NCBI GenBank assembly: GCA_045542755.1
Contig: JAZQLP010000117.1
Span: 9,160-73,159 of the forward strand
Length of the DNA stretch: 64,000 nucleotides
Direction of reading: 5' to 3'
Source of the DNA: Eubacteriales bacterium
Lineage (GTDB): Bacteria > Bacillota > Clostridia > Oscillospirales > UBA644
Every line of letters begins with the position of its first letter. The first letter of the stretch is position 1. A program made the translations under genes and the position numbers. Below the pieces are notes generated by a model, which was given only the letters and a program-made list of their open reading frames with translations, was not told the origin of the DNA and searched no databases. This document shows, one piece after another, positions 55,204 to 63,101 of this stretch.

Positions 55204-55274
55204 ATAATACTACAAAAAGCCCCTTTCGTCAAGAGAAAAAGTGTTACTTTATTATGATATTTGCGGGAGTAAAC

Positions 55275-55303
55275 TTGAAACGGCGGGGCTTTTTTGATAT
55301 AAT
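55275..55303 (+). promoter_or_regulatory. Promoter of the RNase H gene
   Basis: TTGAAA, a 17-nt spacer and TATAAT. Confidence 0.55.
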
Positions 55304-55332
55304 CGAAGTATCATAAAGCAGAGGTAAAAGCC

Positions 55333-56058
55333 ATGGCTGATAAAAAAACCAAGTATTACGCCGTAAGAAAAGGCAGAAGCGCCGGAATATACCTGACCTG
55401 GGACGAATGTGCAAAGCAGGTCATAGGTTGCGCGGGTGCCGTATACAAGTCCTTCCCCACCATCGAGGAGGCGGAGGCCTTTATGGCTATTGATATTGGC
55501 GAAGAGGTAGCACCAAAAGAGAAAAAAGCAAGAGCTCCCAAGAAAAAAGCGGAGCCCGCCGAAGCCACCGACGGCACGGACAAGCTTATCTCTTATCTTG
55601 AAAAGGCTAAAGAAGAATATCCCCAAGGGAAGCTCTCCTCAGACGAGGCCATAGCCTTCGTTGACGGTAGCTATAACCAGGAAACCGCCGTATACTCCTT
55701 CGGTTGCGTTTTCATCTCCCAAAATGGAGTGGAGACCTTCTCGGGTAGCGGTAGCAAAGAGGATTTCCGCACCGCAAGAAACGTTGCAGGAGAGCTTATG
55801 GGCACCCTTTTTGCGGCAAACACCGCCATTGAAAGGGGAATAAAAAAGATTTCCGTATATCACGACTATACGGGCATCGCTATGTGGTACCAGGGCTTAT
55901 GGAAGGCCGAAAGCCCCGTAGCTGTGGATTATCTGACAAAAATGAAAGCATTACCCTCCGCCCTTGAAATCAAATTTGTCAAGGTTAAAGGACACACGGG
56001 CGTTTACCTCAACGAAGCCGCCGACCTTATTGCAAAGGCCGCCGCGGGGATAGAATAA
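55333..56058 (+). CDS. RNase H1-type ribonuclease with an N-terminal hybrid-binding (viroplasmin-like) domain
   Basis: The N-terminal KYYAVRKGR..GIY..W.EC...V.G..GA.YKSF....EA..F is followed by a Lys/Pro/Glu linker. The C-terminal RNase H fold shows FVDGS...GEL...NE.AD acidic residues. Confidence 0.8.
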   Translation: MADKKTKYYAVRKGRSAGIYLTWDECAKQVIGCAGAVYKSFPTIEEAEAFMAIDIGEEVAPKEKKARAPKKKAEPAEATDGTDKLISYLEKAKEEYPQGKLSSDEAIAFVDGSYNQETAVYSFGCVFISQNGVETFSGSGSKEDFRTARNVAGELMGTLFAANTAIERGIKKISVYHDYTGIAMWYQGLWKAESPVAVDYLTKMKALPSALEIKFVKVKGHTGVYLNEAADLIAKAAAGIE

Positions 56059-56075
56059 ATTAAGGACTGATTTTT

Positions 56076-57233
56076 ATGGAAAACAAGTTTTTCAAAACCG
56101 TCGACAACTTAAAGGACCACTACCTTAAGGTATGGGAGGACGTCTGCAATATAGATAGTCCCTCCTCGTACAAAGAGGGCGTTGACAAAGTGGGTCAGTA
56201 TTTTATAGACATAGCTAAAAGCCGTGGCTGGGAAGCGGAAGTTTTCGAGTTTGAAAAATTCGGAAACGTGGTCTGCATCACCATGAACGGCCACGTAAAA
56301 GCCGCCCCCATTATCCTGTCGGGACACATGGACACCGTACACCCCGTAGGGTCATTCGGTACCCCTGCCGTAAAGATAGAGGGAGATAAAATATACGGTC
56401 CGGGAGTAATGGACTGCAAGGGCGGAATCGTTGTGGGATTTTTAGCTATGGATGCCCTCCATACCTGCGGTTTTAATTCCCGCCCCATTAAGATTATGCT
56501 TCAGAGTAACGAGGAAATCGGCAGCGGTATCAACAACAGAGGACCCATTAACCTTATCTGCGAAAAATCAAAAGACGCCGTTGCATTCTTAAACCTTGAA
56601 CCCCACGAGGAATATTTTGACGGCAAGGCCTGTCTTATAAGAAAGGGCAGAGGCGAATTTTTCTTTGAGATAAAGGGAATCGAGGCCCACGCCTCCTACT
56701 GCGCAAAGGAAGGCGCCAGCACCATTAAAGAGGCGGCATATAAAATAATCGAAATTGAAAAGATGAAGGACCACGACGGCATTACCTGCAACTGCGGCGT
56801 TATATCCGGAGGCTCAGCCGCAAACACCGTACCCGGAAAATGCGAGTTTAAGGTAGACGTAAGATACTCCACCCAAGAAGAGTACGAAGAAGTCAAGGCC
56901 TACCTGCAAAAGATTGCGGATACCGTATACGTTCCCGGATGCAGTTGCGTTATGAAAGAAACAAACAGCCGTCCGTCCATGGCTCTAAACGAAAAGAATC
57001 AGAAGCTTTTAAACAAAGCCAACAAGGTCTTTGCCGCCAACGGCTTATCCACACTTGAAGCGGGTAAAAGAAACGGCGGCTCGGATGCGGCCAACGTGGC
57101 TCTCTGGGGTATTCCCTGCCTCGATGCCATAGGCATCAGAGGAGAGAGAGCCCACTCAAGAGAAGAATACGCCTACATCCCCTCCTTGGCCGAATCGGCA
57201 AAAAGGGTTGTGGCAATAGCGTTGGAGATATAG
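56076..57233 (+). CDS. M20-family metallopeptidase (carboxypeptidase G2-like)
   Basis: Contains the GHMDTVHP and NEEIGS motifs, followed by a dimerisation domain. Confidence 0.8.
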   Translation: MENKFFKTVDNLKDHYLKVWEDVCNIDSPSSYKEGVDKVGQYFIDIAKSRGWEAEVFEFEKFGNVVCITMNGHVKAAPIILSGHMDTVHPVGSFGTPAVKIEGDKIYGPGVMDCKGGIVVGFLAMDALHTCGFNSRPIKIMLQSNEEIGSGINNRGPINLICEKSKDAVAFLNLEPHEEYFDGKACLIRKGRGEFFFEIKGIEAHASYCAKEGASTIKEAAYKIIEIEKMKDHDGITCNCGVISGGSAANTVPGKCEFKVDVRYSTQEEYEEVKAYLQKIADTVYVPGCSCVMKETNSRPSMALNEKNQKLLNKANKVFAANGLSTLEAGKRNGGSDAANVALWGIPCLDAIGIRGERAHSREEYAYIPSLAESAKRVVAIALEI

Positions 57234-57268
57234 GATAAACTAAATTTAATAAGAACGGCGACAAATTT

Positions 57269-57964
57269 ATGAAACTCGGAATATTTACAGATTCCCATTA
57301 TTCCTCACAGGAAGTCACCTGCGGAAACAGATTCAACAGTAAATCTCTGGATAAGATAAAGGAAGCCTACGACTTTTTTGAAAAAGAAGACTGTGAGATG
57401 GTGATTTGTCTTGGCGACCTTATAGACCGAGAGGAATCTCACCAAAAAGAGATTGAAAACCTTAAAAAGGTATGGGAAATAATAAAAGCCTCTCCCCTTC
57501 CCACAAAGGTCGTTATGGGAAATCACGACTGCTTTGCCTTTGAAAAGGAGGAGTTTTACGGGATTTTGGGAATTGAAGAGCCAAAAGATATTTGTATCGA
57601 GGGCAAAAACCTCATATTCCTTGACGGATGCTATTTTAAAAGTGGCCAACACTACGCCCCGGGAGATAAAAATTGGAAGGACACCTTTCTGCCCCACCAA
57701 GAGGCGCTTGAAGAAAAGCTTTTGGGATTAAAGGGCGATACATATATTTTTATTCACCAAAATATAGATCCCTCCATCCGAAGTGACCACCGACTCTTTA
57801 ACGCCGACCAAGTCTTTGAAATAATCCAAAGAAGCAAAACCGTCAAAGCCGTTTTTCAGGGGCACTACCACAAAGGCATGACCTCTCAATACGACGGTAT
57901 AAAATATTTTACCCCAAAGGCCATGTGCGAAAACGAAAAGACCTATTTTTCTCTTGAAATATAA
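57269..57964 (+). CDS. Metallophosphoesterase
   Basis: Contains D.H, GDLID, GNHD and GH.H motifs in the canonical order. Confidence 0.75.
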   Translation: MKLGIFTDSHYSSQEVTCGNRFNSKSLDKIKEAYDFFEKEDCEMVICLGDLIDREESHQKEIENLKKVWEIIKASPLPTKVVMGNHDCFAFEKEEFYGILGIEEPKDICIEGKNLIFLDGCYFKSGQHYAPGDKNWKDTFLPHQEALEEKLLGLKGDTYIFIHQNIDPSIRSDHRLFNADQVFEIIQRSKTVKAVFQGHYHKGMTSQYDGIKYFTPKAMCENEKTYFSLEI

Positions 57965-57965
57965 G

Positions 57966-57996
57966 AAAAAAATCCTGCCCTCTCGGCAGGATTTTC
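57966..57996. terminator. Bidirectional terminator
   Basis: Stem aatcctgcc/ggcaggatt flanked by an A7 run and a T-run. Confidence 0.8.
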
Positions 57997-58011
57997 CTGT
58001 ATTATAAAGTG

Positions 58012-59178
58012 TTATGATAGGAAGGGCTTATCGACGTTTATTACGGCAAAGAGGTTGGAGTCGTAAATGTTTATATTCTTTTTGATTATCTCCTTAATCT
58101 CGTTGTCTGAAAGCTTGCCGTCGTAGGGCAGAACAACGTCGAATATAAGGTTTGTATGGGTGTCGCCCCTGACCATGCGGAAATCGTGAACCGTAATACG
58201 GTCGTCAATGGCCTTAACAAAGTCGTTGACCATCTTTTTGAGCTTATCTATTTCGGGGTCGTCGGCAATTACGGGGTCCATATGTATGGTTGCTACGCAG
58301 GAAAGCTTCTCGGAAAGCTCTTTTTCGATATTGTCAATGGTATCGTGGGCGCTGAGAAGGTCGGCCTTTGCAGACACCTCTGCATGAAGGGATATCATCT
58401 GTCTGCCGGGTCCATAATCATGAACTATAAGGTCGTGAATACCGATTATACCCTCGTGGGAGAGGACGATATCCTCTATCTGCTTAACAACTTCCTCTGC
58501 GGGAGGCTTGCCAAGAAGAGGATCAATAGTCTCCTTTGCGGCGCGGAAGCCGGAAAAGAGGATAAAGAGGGATACTGCGGCGCCGCAATATGCGTCAACG
58601 TTAATATCAAATATGAGATATACGATAAAGGACAGAAATACCGCGCTTGTGGCTATAACGTCGGAAAAGCAGTCGGATGCGGTGGCCTTCATGGACGAGG
58701 AATCAAACTTTTTACCGTAGCCCCTGTTATAAATGCCCATATAGAGCTTTACGAGTATTGAAGCAATGAGTATGCAAAGGGAAACGGGGCTGAAAGACAT
58801 CTCCTCGGGAGTTATTATCTTACCCACGGAAGTCTTTAAAAGCTCAAAGCCCATAAGCATAATGGCCAAGGACACCAAAAGACCCGAAAGATACTCTATT
58901 CTGCCGTGGCCGAAGGGGTGGTCAACGTCAGGCTTTTGTCCCGAAAGGCGGAAGCCGAAGAGGGTTATAACCGAAGAGCCGGCATCGGAAAGGTTGTTGA
59001 AGGCATCGGCCATTACCGATACGGAGGAGCTTATAAAGCCCGCCAACAGTTTCCCTGCAAAAAGGAGCAAATTCAGTCCTATCCCCACAATACTGCAAAG
59101 CATACCGTAGGCTCTGCGAAGGGAAGCGTTGTCCATACCTTCCGATTTTATAAAGATTTTTGAAAGAAGTTTTATCAT
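58012..59178 (-). CDS. Cation diffusion facilitator family transporter
   Basis: Six TM helices with the S.....DA..N..D and HPFGHGR.E motifs, plus a C-terminal cytoplasmic domain. The start is set at MIKLLSK. Confidence 0.85.
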   Translation of the reverse strand: MIKLLSKIFIKSEGMDNASLRRAYGMLCSIVGIGLNLLLFAGKLLAGFISSSVSVMADAFNNLSDAGSSVITLFGFRLSGQKPDVDHPFGHGRIEYLSGLLVSLAIMLMGFELLKTSVGKIITPEEMSFSPVSLCILIASILVKLYMGIYNRGYGKKFDSSSMKATASDCFSDVIATSAVFLSFIVYLIFDINVDAYCGAAVSLFILFSGFRAAKETIDPLLGKPPAEEVVKQIEDIVLSHEGIIGIHDLIVHDYGPGRQMISLHAEVSAKADLLSAHDTIDNIEKELSEKLSCVATIHMDPVIADDPEIDKLKKMVNDFVKAIDDRITVHDFRMVRGDTHTNLIFDVVLPYDGKLSDNEIKEIIKKNINIYDSNLFAVINVDKPFLS

Positions 59179-59297
59179 AAATAACCCATTCCTCATTAAA
59201 CTTTTGCTGAACTACAGTATAACACACCGAAAAAACAAAGTCAATACTTTAGCAATGGCTAACCCTACAATATATTCGGGTTTCGCACTTTTAGACC

Positions 59298-59326
59298 TTG
59301 AAAAACAAGGAGATTTGTGCTATAAT
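59298..59326 (+). promoter_or_regulatory. Promoter of the GNAT gene
   Basis: TTGAAA, a 17-nt spacer (ending in TGC) and TATAAT. Confidence 0.55.
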
Positions 59327-59358
59327 ACCTATAATTTGAAGATATTCGGAGATAAAAA

Positions 59359-59904
59359 ATGAACATAACCGCCTGCCACTTAAACAAGTCCCCAAATCCC
59401 GCAAAAGCAAAGGAGCTTTATATCTCGGCCTTTCCAAAATATGAGCGTCTGCCCTGGTGGGTGCTGCGGCTTCTTACCCTGAACAAGAACGCAAACATTA
59501 CCTGCTACTACGATGAAGAACAGTTTTGCGGCTTTACATATGACGTTACCACCGACAGTATTCTTTTCCTTATGTTTTTTGCCGTAAATGACGAGCTTCG
59601 CGGAAAGGGCTACGGCTCGGCCATACTTGAATATTTAAAGAAAAATCACCCCGACAAGGCCGTTACCCTCAACGTTGAACCCATAGATCCCACCGCTGAA
59701 AATGCCCACGAAAGGGTAAGAAGAATAGAATTTTACAAGAAGAACGGATTTTTCGACACCAACCATAACATTGACGAGGTGGGTGGCACCTTCCGAGTCC
59801 TCTCCACAAAGATGGAGCTTGACAAAGAAGCCTATCTGAAGGCGTTCACGGGAATAACTCTGGGACTCTGGAGACCGAAAATAACGAAACTTGATAATAA
59901 CTAA
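59359..59904 (+). CDS. GNAT-family N-acetyltransferase
   Basis: Acetyl-CoA motif RGKGYGSAILEYL. Confidence 0.75.
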   Translation: MNITACHLNKSPNPAKAKELYISAFPKYERLPWWVLRLLTLNKNANITCYYDEEQFCGFTYDVTTDSILFLMFFAVNDELRGKGYGSAILEYLKKNHPDKAVTLNVEPIDPTAENAHERVRRIEFYKKNGFFDTNHNIDEVGGTFRVLSTKMELDKEAYLKAFTGITLGLWRPKITKLDNN

Positions 59905-59934
59905 AGAACTCCCGCCGCGGCGGGAGTTCTTCTC
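59905..59934. terminator. Bidirectional terminator
   Basis: 11-bp stem agaactcccgc/gcgggagttct. Confidence 0.8.
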
Positions 59935-60728
59935 TATTCTGCAATAGCCATATATGGCTTAAGATTTTCCACAAGCTGAGGAGTTTCAACCGTCTGGCCG
60001 CATTCAAAGGCCAGATATTTGTTGTATCCCGTAGCCTTGATTGCCTTGAGAACGTTTATATAGTCAATTTCTCCGGTGCCAGGCTCTTTTCTTCCGGGAT
60101 TGTCGGCAATATGAAAATGGCCAATAAGGTCAATATTTTCGGTAATGTTGCGGATAAGGTTGCCCTCGGTGACCTGCTGATGATAAATATCAAAAAGGAG
60201 CCTGAAATTGGGGCTGTTTACCTCCTTGACCATATCAAAGCCGTCCTTTGAGGTATATAAAAAGTGTCCTGCGTGATTTACCAGGATATTAAGGGGCTCA
60301 AGAACCGCCGTTATCCCCGCATCCTCCGCAATGGGGGCAAGACGGGAAAGGGTCTGGACTATCTGCGCCCTTTGGACACGGTGGGAAACGTCCTTACGCT
60401 CGTTACCCGTAGTGACCACGATATTGGGAACCCCCATATATACTGCGGCTTCAACGGTTTCCTTGAATGCCTCAACCATAGCCTCTTCAGTGTCCGCATA
60501 TGCAAGACCGTGAGTCCAGGCTATTTTAGCCATATTGTCGGGATTTTTCGACTCCACGTTAAGGCAGGTGGAAACGATATTATACTCGTCCAAAACCTTT
60601 TTGTATTCCTTTAAATCACATTTCTGCCAATTAAGGTACTCTGCGGCCTTGAAGCCGTATTTTGCCGCCTCGACAAATGCCTGAGGGCTGTTGCGGACAA
60701 ACCAGTTGGCTTTTGCGGAAAATATCAT
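59934..60728 (-). CDS. Hydroxypyruvate isomerase family / xylose-isomerase-like TIM barrel protein, copy 1
   Basis: DIYHQQ..EGN......IGHFHIADNPGR.EPGTGEI.Y matches the Hyi family core. The start is set at MIFSAKANWF, with AAGGAGA 8 nt upstream. Confidence 0.8.
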   Translation of the reverse strand: MIFSAKANWFVRNSPQAFVEAAKYGFKAAEYLNWQKCDLKEYKKVLDEYNIVSTCLNVESKNPDNMAKIAWTHGLAYADTEEAMVEAFKETVEAAVYMGVPNIVVTTGNERKDVSHRVQRAQIVQTLSRLAPIAEDAGITAVLEPLNILVNHAGHFLYTSKDGFDMVKEVNSPNFRLLFDIYHQQVTEGNLIRNITENIDLIGHFHIADNPGRKEPGTGEIDYINVLKAIKATGYNKYLAFECGQTVETPQLVENLKPYMAIAE

Positions 60729-60787
60729 ATCCGTGTCTCCTTGAAAAAACAAGAGGGGTGCATTTGCACCCCTCTGAATATTTGCTA

Positions 60788-61582
60788 TTAGTCAGCGATA
60801 GCGATGTAGGGCTTCATGTTCTCAATAAGGGTGGGAACGTCAACGGTGCTGCCGCACTCGAATGCCAGGTATCTGTCGTAGCCTGCGTTCTTTATAGCCT
60901 TGAAAACGTTGAAGTAGTTGATTTCGCCGGTACCGGGCTCGTTTCTGAGGGGGTTGTCAGCGATATGGAAGTGACCGATAAGGTCGATGTTTTCGGTGAT
61001 GTTGCGGATAACGTTACCTTCGGTGATCTGCTGATGATAGATGTCGAAGAGAACCTTTACGTAGGGATTGTTAACTTCCTTAACCATCTGGAAAGCTTCC
61101 TTGGAAGTGGTGAGGAAGTGACCTGCGTGGTCAACGAGGATATTGAGGGGTTCGAGAACGATGGTAACGCCTGCGTCTTCAGCAATGGGAGCGAGGCTGT
61201 TAAGAACCTGAACTACCTGCTTGTGCATAAAGTCTCTGGAAACGTCTCTGCGTTCGTTACCGGTGGTAACAACGATGTTGGGAACGTTAAGGAACTTAGC
61301 GGTTTCAACGGTTTCCTTGAAGGCTTCAACCATAGCGGCTTCGGTATCGGGGTAGCCGAGACCGTGAGTCCATGCTATCTTTGCCATATTGTCGGGATTC
61401 TTGGACTGAACGAGAAGACAGGTGGAAACGATACCGTTATCGTCAAGTATCTTCTTGTACTCGTTAAGGTCGTAACCGTACCATTCAAGAAGCTCTGCGG
61501 CCTTGAATCCGTACTTTGCGGCGTCAATAAAGGATTTGGGATCGTGGTCTATAAACCAGTTAGAGTTAGCGGAAAAAATCAT
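60788..61582 (-). CDS. Hydroxypyruvate isomerase family / xylose-isomerase-like TIM barrel protein, copy 2 (tandem paralog)
   Basis: Collinear with copy 1 along its whole length, at roughly two thirds identity by eye. Confidence 0.8.
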   Translation of the reverse strand: MIFSANSNWFIDHDPKSFIDAAKYGFKAAELLEWYGYDLNEYKKILDDNGIVSTCLLVQSKNPDNMAKIAWTHGLGYPDTEAAMVEAFKETVETAKFLNVPNIVVTTGNERRDVSRDFMHKQVVQVLNSLAPIAEDAGVTIVLEPLNILVDHAGHFLTTSKEAFQMVKEVNNPYVKVLFDIYHQQITEGNVIRNITENIDLIGHFHIADNPLRNEPGTGEINYFNVFKAIKNAGYDRYLAFECGSTVDVPTLIENMKPYIAIAD

Positions 61583-61750
61583 AGCTGTATCTCCTTTTCA
61601 CTGCCGTATTGGCAATATGTTTTGATTTGTAGGGAACTGTCCCGATATGTCTTTACCGCATAATACCATAAAAGAAAAGCATTTTAAAGACACATAAATG
61701 AACAAAATGCAAATTTTCGCAAAAGCGGCAAATTTTAAAGCCTTCTAAGG

Positions 61751-61779
61751 TTGACTTTGGGGTGTGGGAGTGATATAAT
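61751..61779 (+). promoter_or_regulatory. Promoter of the phosphoribosyltransferase gene
   Basis: TTGACT, a 17-nt spacer and TATAAT, followed by GGAGG and the ATG at 61811. Confidence 0.55.
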
Positions 61780-61810
61780 TAGAAAAAATCAACCTCGGAG
61801 GTATATCCTT

Positions 61811-62365
61811 ATGCATTACACTATGAACATAGCAGGACTTGACAGAGACCTGCCCCTCTGCAAGGTCACCGACGACCTTTATATCGGAGCCTTCGTTATC
61901 TTCGGCGACGCAGAGCTTACCGTTGCCTGCGCAAGAGAGCTTCTCAAAAAAGCCCCCGAATACGACTATCTTATGACCGCAGAGGCCAAGGGTATACCCC
62001 TTATTCACGAAATGGCCCGTCAGCACGGCGACGAGTTCTACTGCGTTGCAAGAAAAGCCCCCAAGCTTTATATGCAGGAGGTATTCAAGGCTGACGTTCA
62101 GTCAATTACCACCGCCGCAAAGCAGACCCTTTACCTCTCCAAGGAGGATGCTGACAGAATGAGAGGCAAGAGAGTCCTCATTATCGACGACGTTATCTCC
62201 ACGGGCGAAAGCCTTAACGCCCTTGAAAAGCTGGCTGACATTATGGGAGCAAAGGTTGTGGGCAAAATGGCCATCCTTGCAGAAGGCGATGCCCAGGGCA
62301 GAGAAGACCTTATATATCTCGAACCTCTCCCCCTCTTTAATCCCGACGGTACAGTAAAAGAATAA
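61811..62365 (+). CDS. Type I phosphoribosyltransferase family protein (Apt/Xpt-like)
   Basis: PRPP-binding motif VLIIDDVISTGES. The start is set at MHYTMNIAG, because the ORF-track start lies inside the promoter. Confidence 0.75.
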   Translation: MHYTMNIAGLDRDLPLCKVTDDLYIGAFVIFGDAELTVACARELLKKAPEYDYLMTAEAKGIPLIHEMARQHGDEFYCVARKAPKLYMQEVFKADVQSITTAAKQTLYLSKEDADRMRGKRVLIIDDVISTGESLNALEKLADIMGAKVVGKMAILAEGDAQGREDLIYLEPLPLFNPDGTVKE

Positions 62366-62377
62366 AACTTATCAATT

Positions 62378-62412
62378 AAGGGCAAGCCAAATGGCTTGCC
62401 CTTTCTTTTTTA
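62378..62412. terminator. Bidirectional terminator
   Basis: 11-bp stem aagggcaagcc/ggcttgccctt, AAAT loop and T-run. Confidence 0.85.
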
Positions 62413-62419
62413 TTGGGAA

Positions 62420-62845
62420 TTATTCAGCTTTTTCCTCGGCAGCTTCTTCTTTTGCTTCCTTTTTTCTGAGCTTTTCGCCGGTTTCTCTCATCTTGTTAAG
62501 ACCCTTAACGATAAGGAATACGGCAATAGCGGTGATAAGGAAGTCAAGGATTACCTGGATAAGGTTACCGTAAGCAATAACGGTAGCGCCTGCAGCCTTT
62601 GCCTCTTCGAGAGTGTTGAACACGAGAGCCTCGCCGGTAACCTCGTCGAAATGCTCACTCAGGAGAACGAACATATCCTCGAAGTTGGTTCTTCCGGTAA
62701 GAAGACTTACGAAGGGATTGATGATGTCGTTAACGATACTGTTAACTATCTTGGTAAAGGTAGAGCCGATTATCATACCTACGGCAAGATCCATAACGTT
62801 GCCCTTGGCGATAAAGGTTCTGAATTCTTCAAAAAATTTCTTCAT
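62420..62845 (-). CDS. mscL: Large-conductance mechanosensitive channel
   Basis: The N-terminus EF..FI.KGNVMDLAVG.IIG..F..IV.S.V.DII.P is near-canonical MscL. Confidence 0.95.
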   Translation of the reverse strand: MKKFFEEFRTFIAKGNVMDLAVGMIIGSTFTKIVNSIVNDIINPFVSLLTGRTNFEDMFVLLSEHFDEVTGEALVFNTLEEAKAAGATVIAYGNLIQVILDFLITAIAVFLIVKGLNKMRETGEKLRKKEAKEEAAEEKAE

Positions 62846-63101
62846 TGCTTGGCCTGCTTTCTTAAGTTTTTTTATGGTATTAGGATACCATATCCCCGCC
62901 CTTTTGTCAAGACAAAAATCGAGTGTTTTCTAATTTTTTTTAAATTCTACTTACCTGCTATTTACTTGTAAGGATATTTATGATATAATTCTTTTCGTAG
63001 TTGTTGTAGCGACCCGCGTTGGGTCATGTAGGACGGATATGCCGAAATGTCGGTCATATCTACCGGCAAATACAATCAGTAGGAAAGGTAGTAAAGGTAA
63101 A

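Noticed and set aside
55214-55294. 10-bp inverted repeat aaaaagcccc / ggggcttttt flanking ~60 bp between the zur and RNase H promoters (possible invertible element)
   Set aside because: No invertase or recombinase is nearby and the arms are short. The right arm is simply part of the promoter spacer, so this is most likely chance or a weak terminator remnant.
60662-61663. 333-aa ORF antisense to the tandem isomerase genes
   Set aside because: It spans the intergenic gap and both paralogs in antisense, and the minus-strand genes carry the family core motif.
61751-61810. 20-codon N-terminal extension of the phosphoribosyltransferase ORF
   Set aside because: The extension begins exactly at the -35 hexamer and spans the -10 box and the GGAGG RBS, so the ATG at 61811 is the start.
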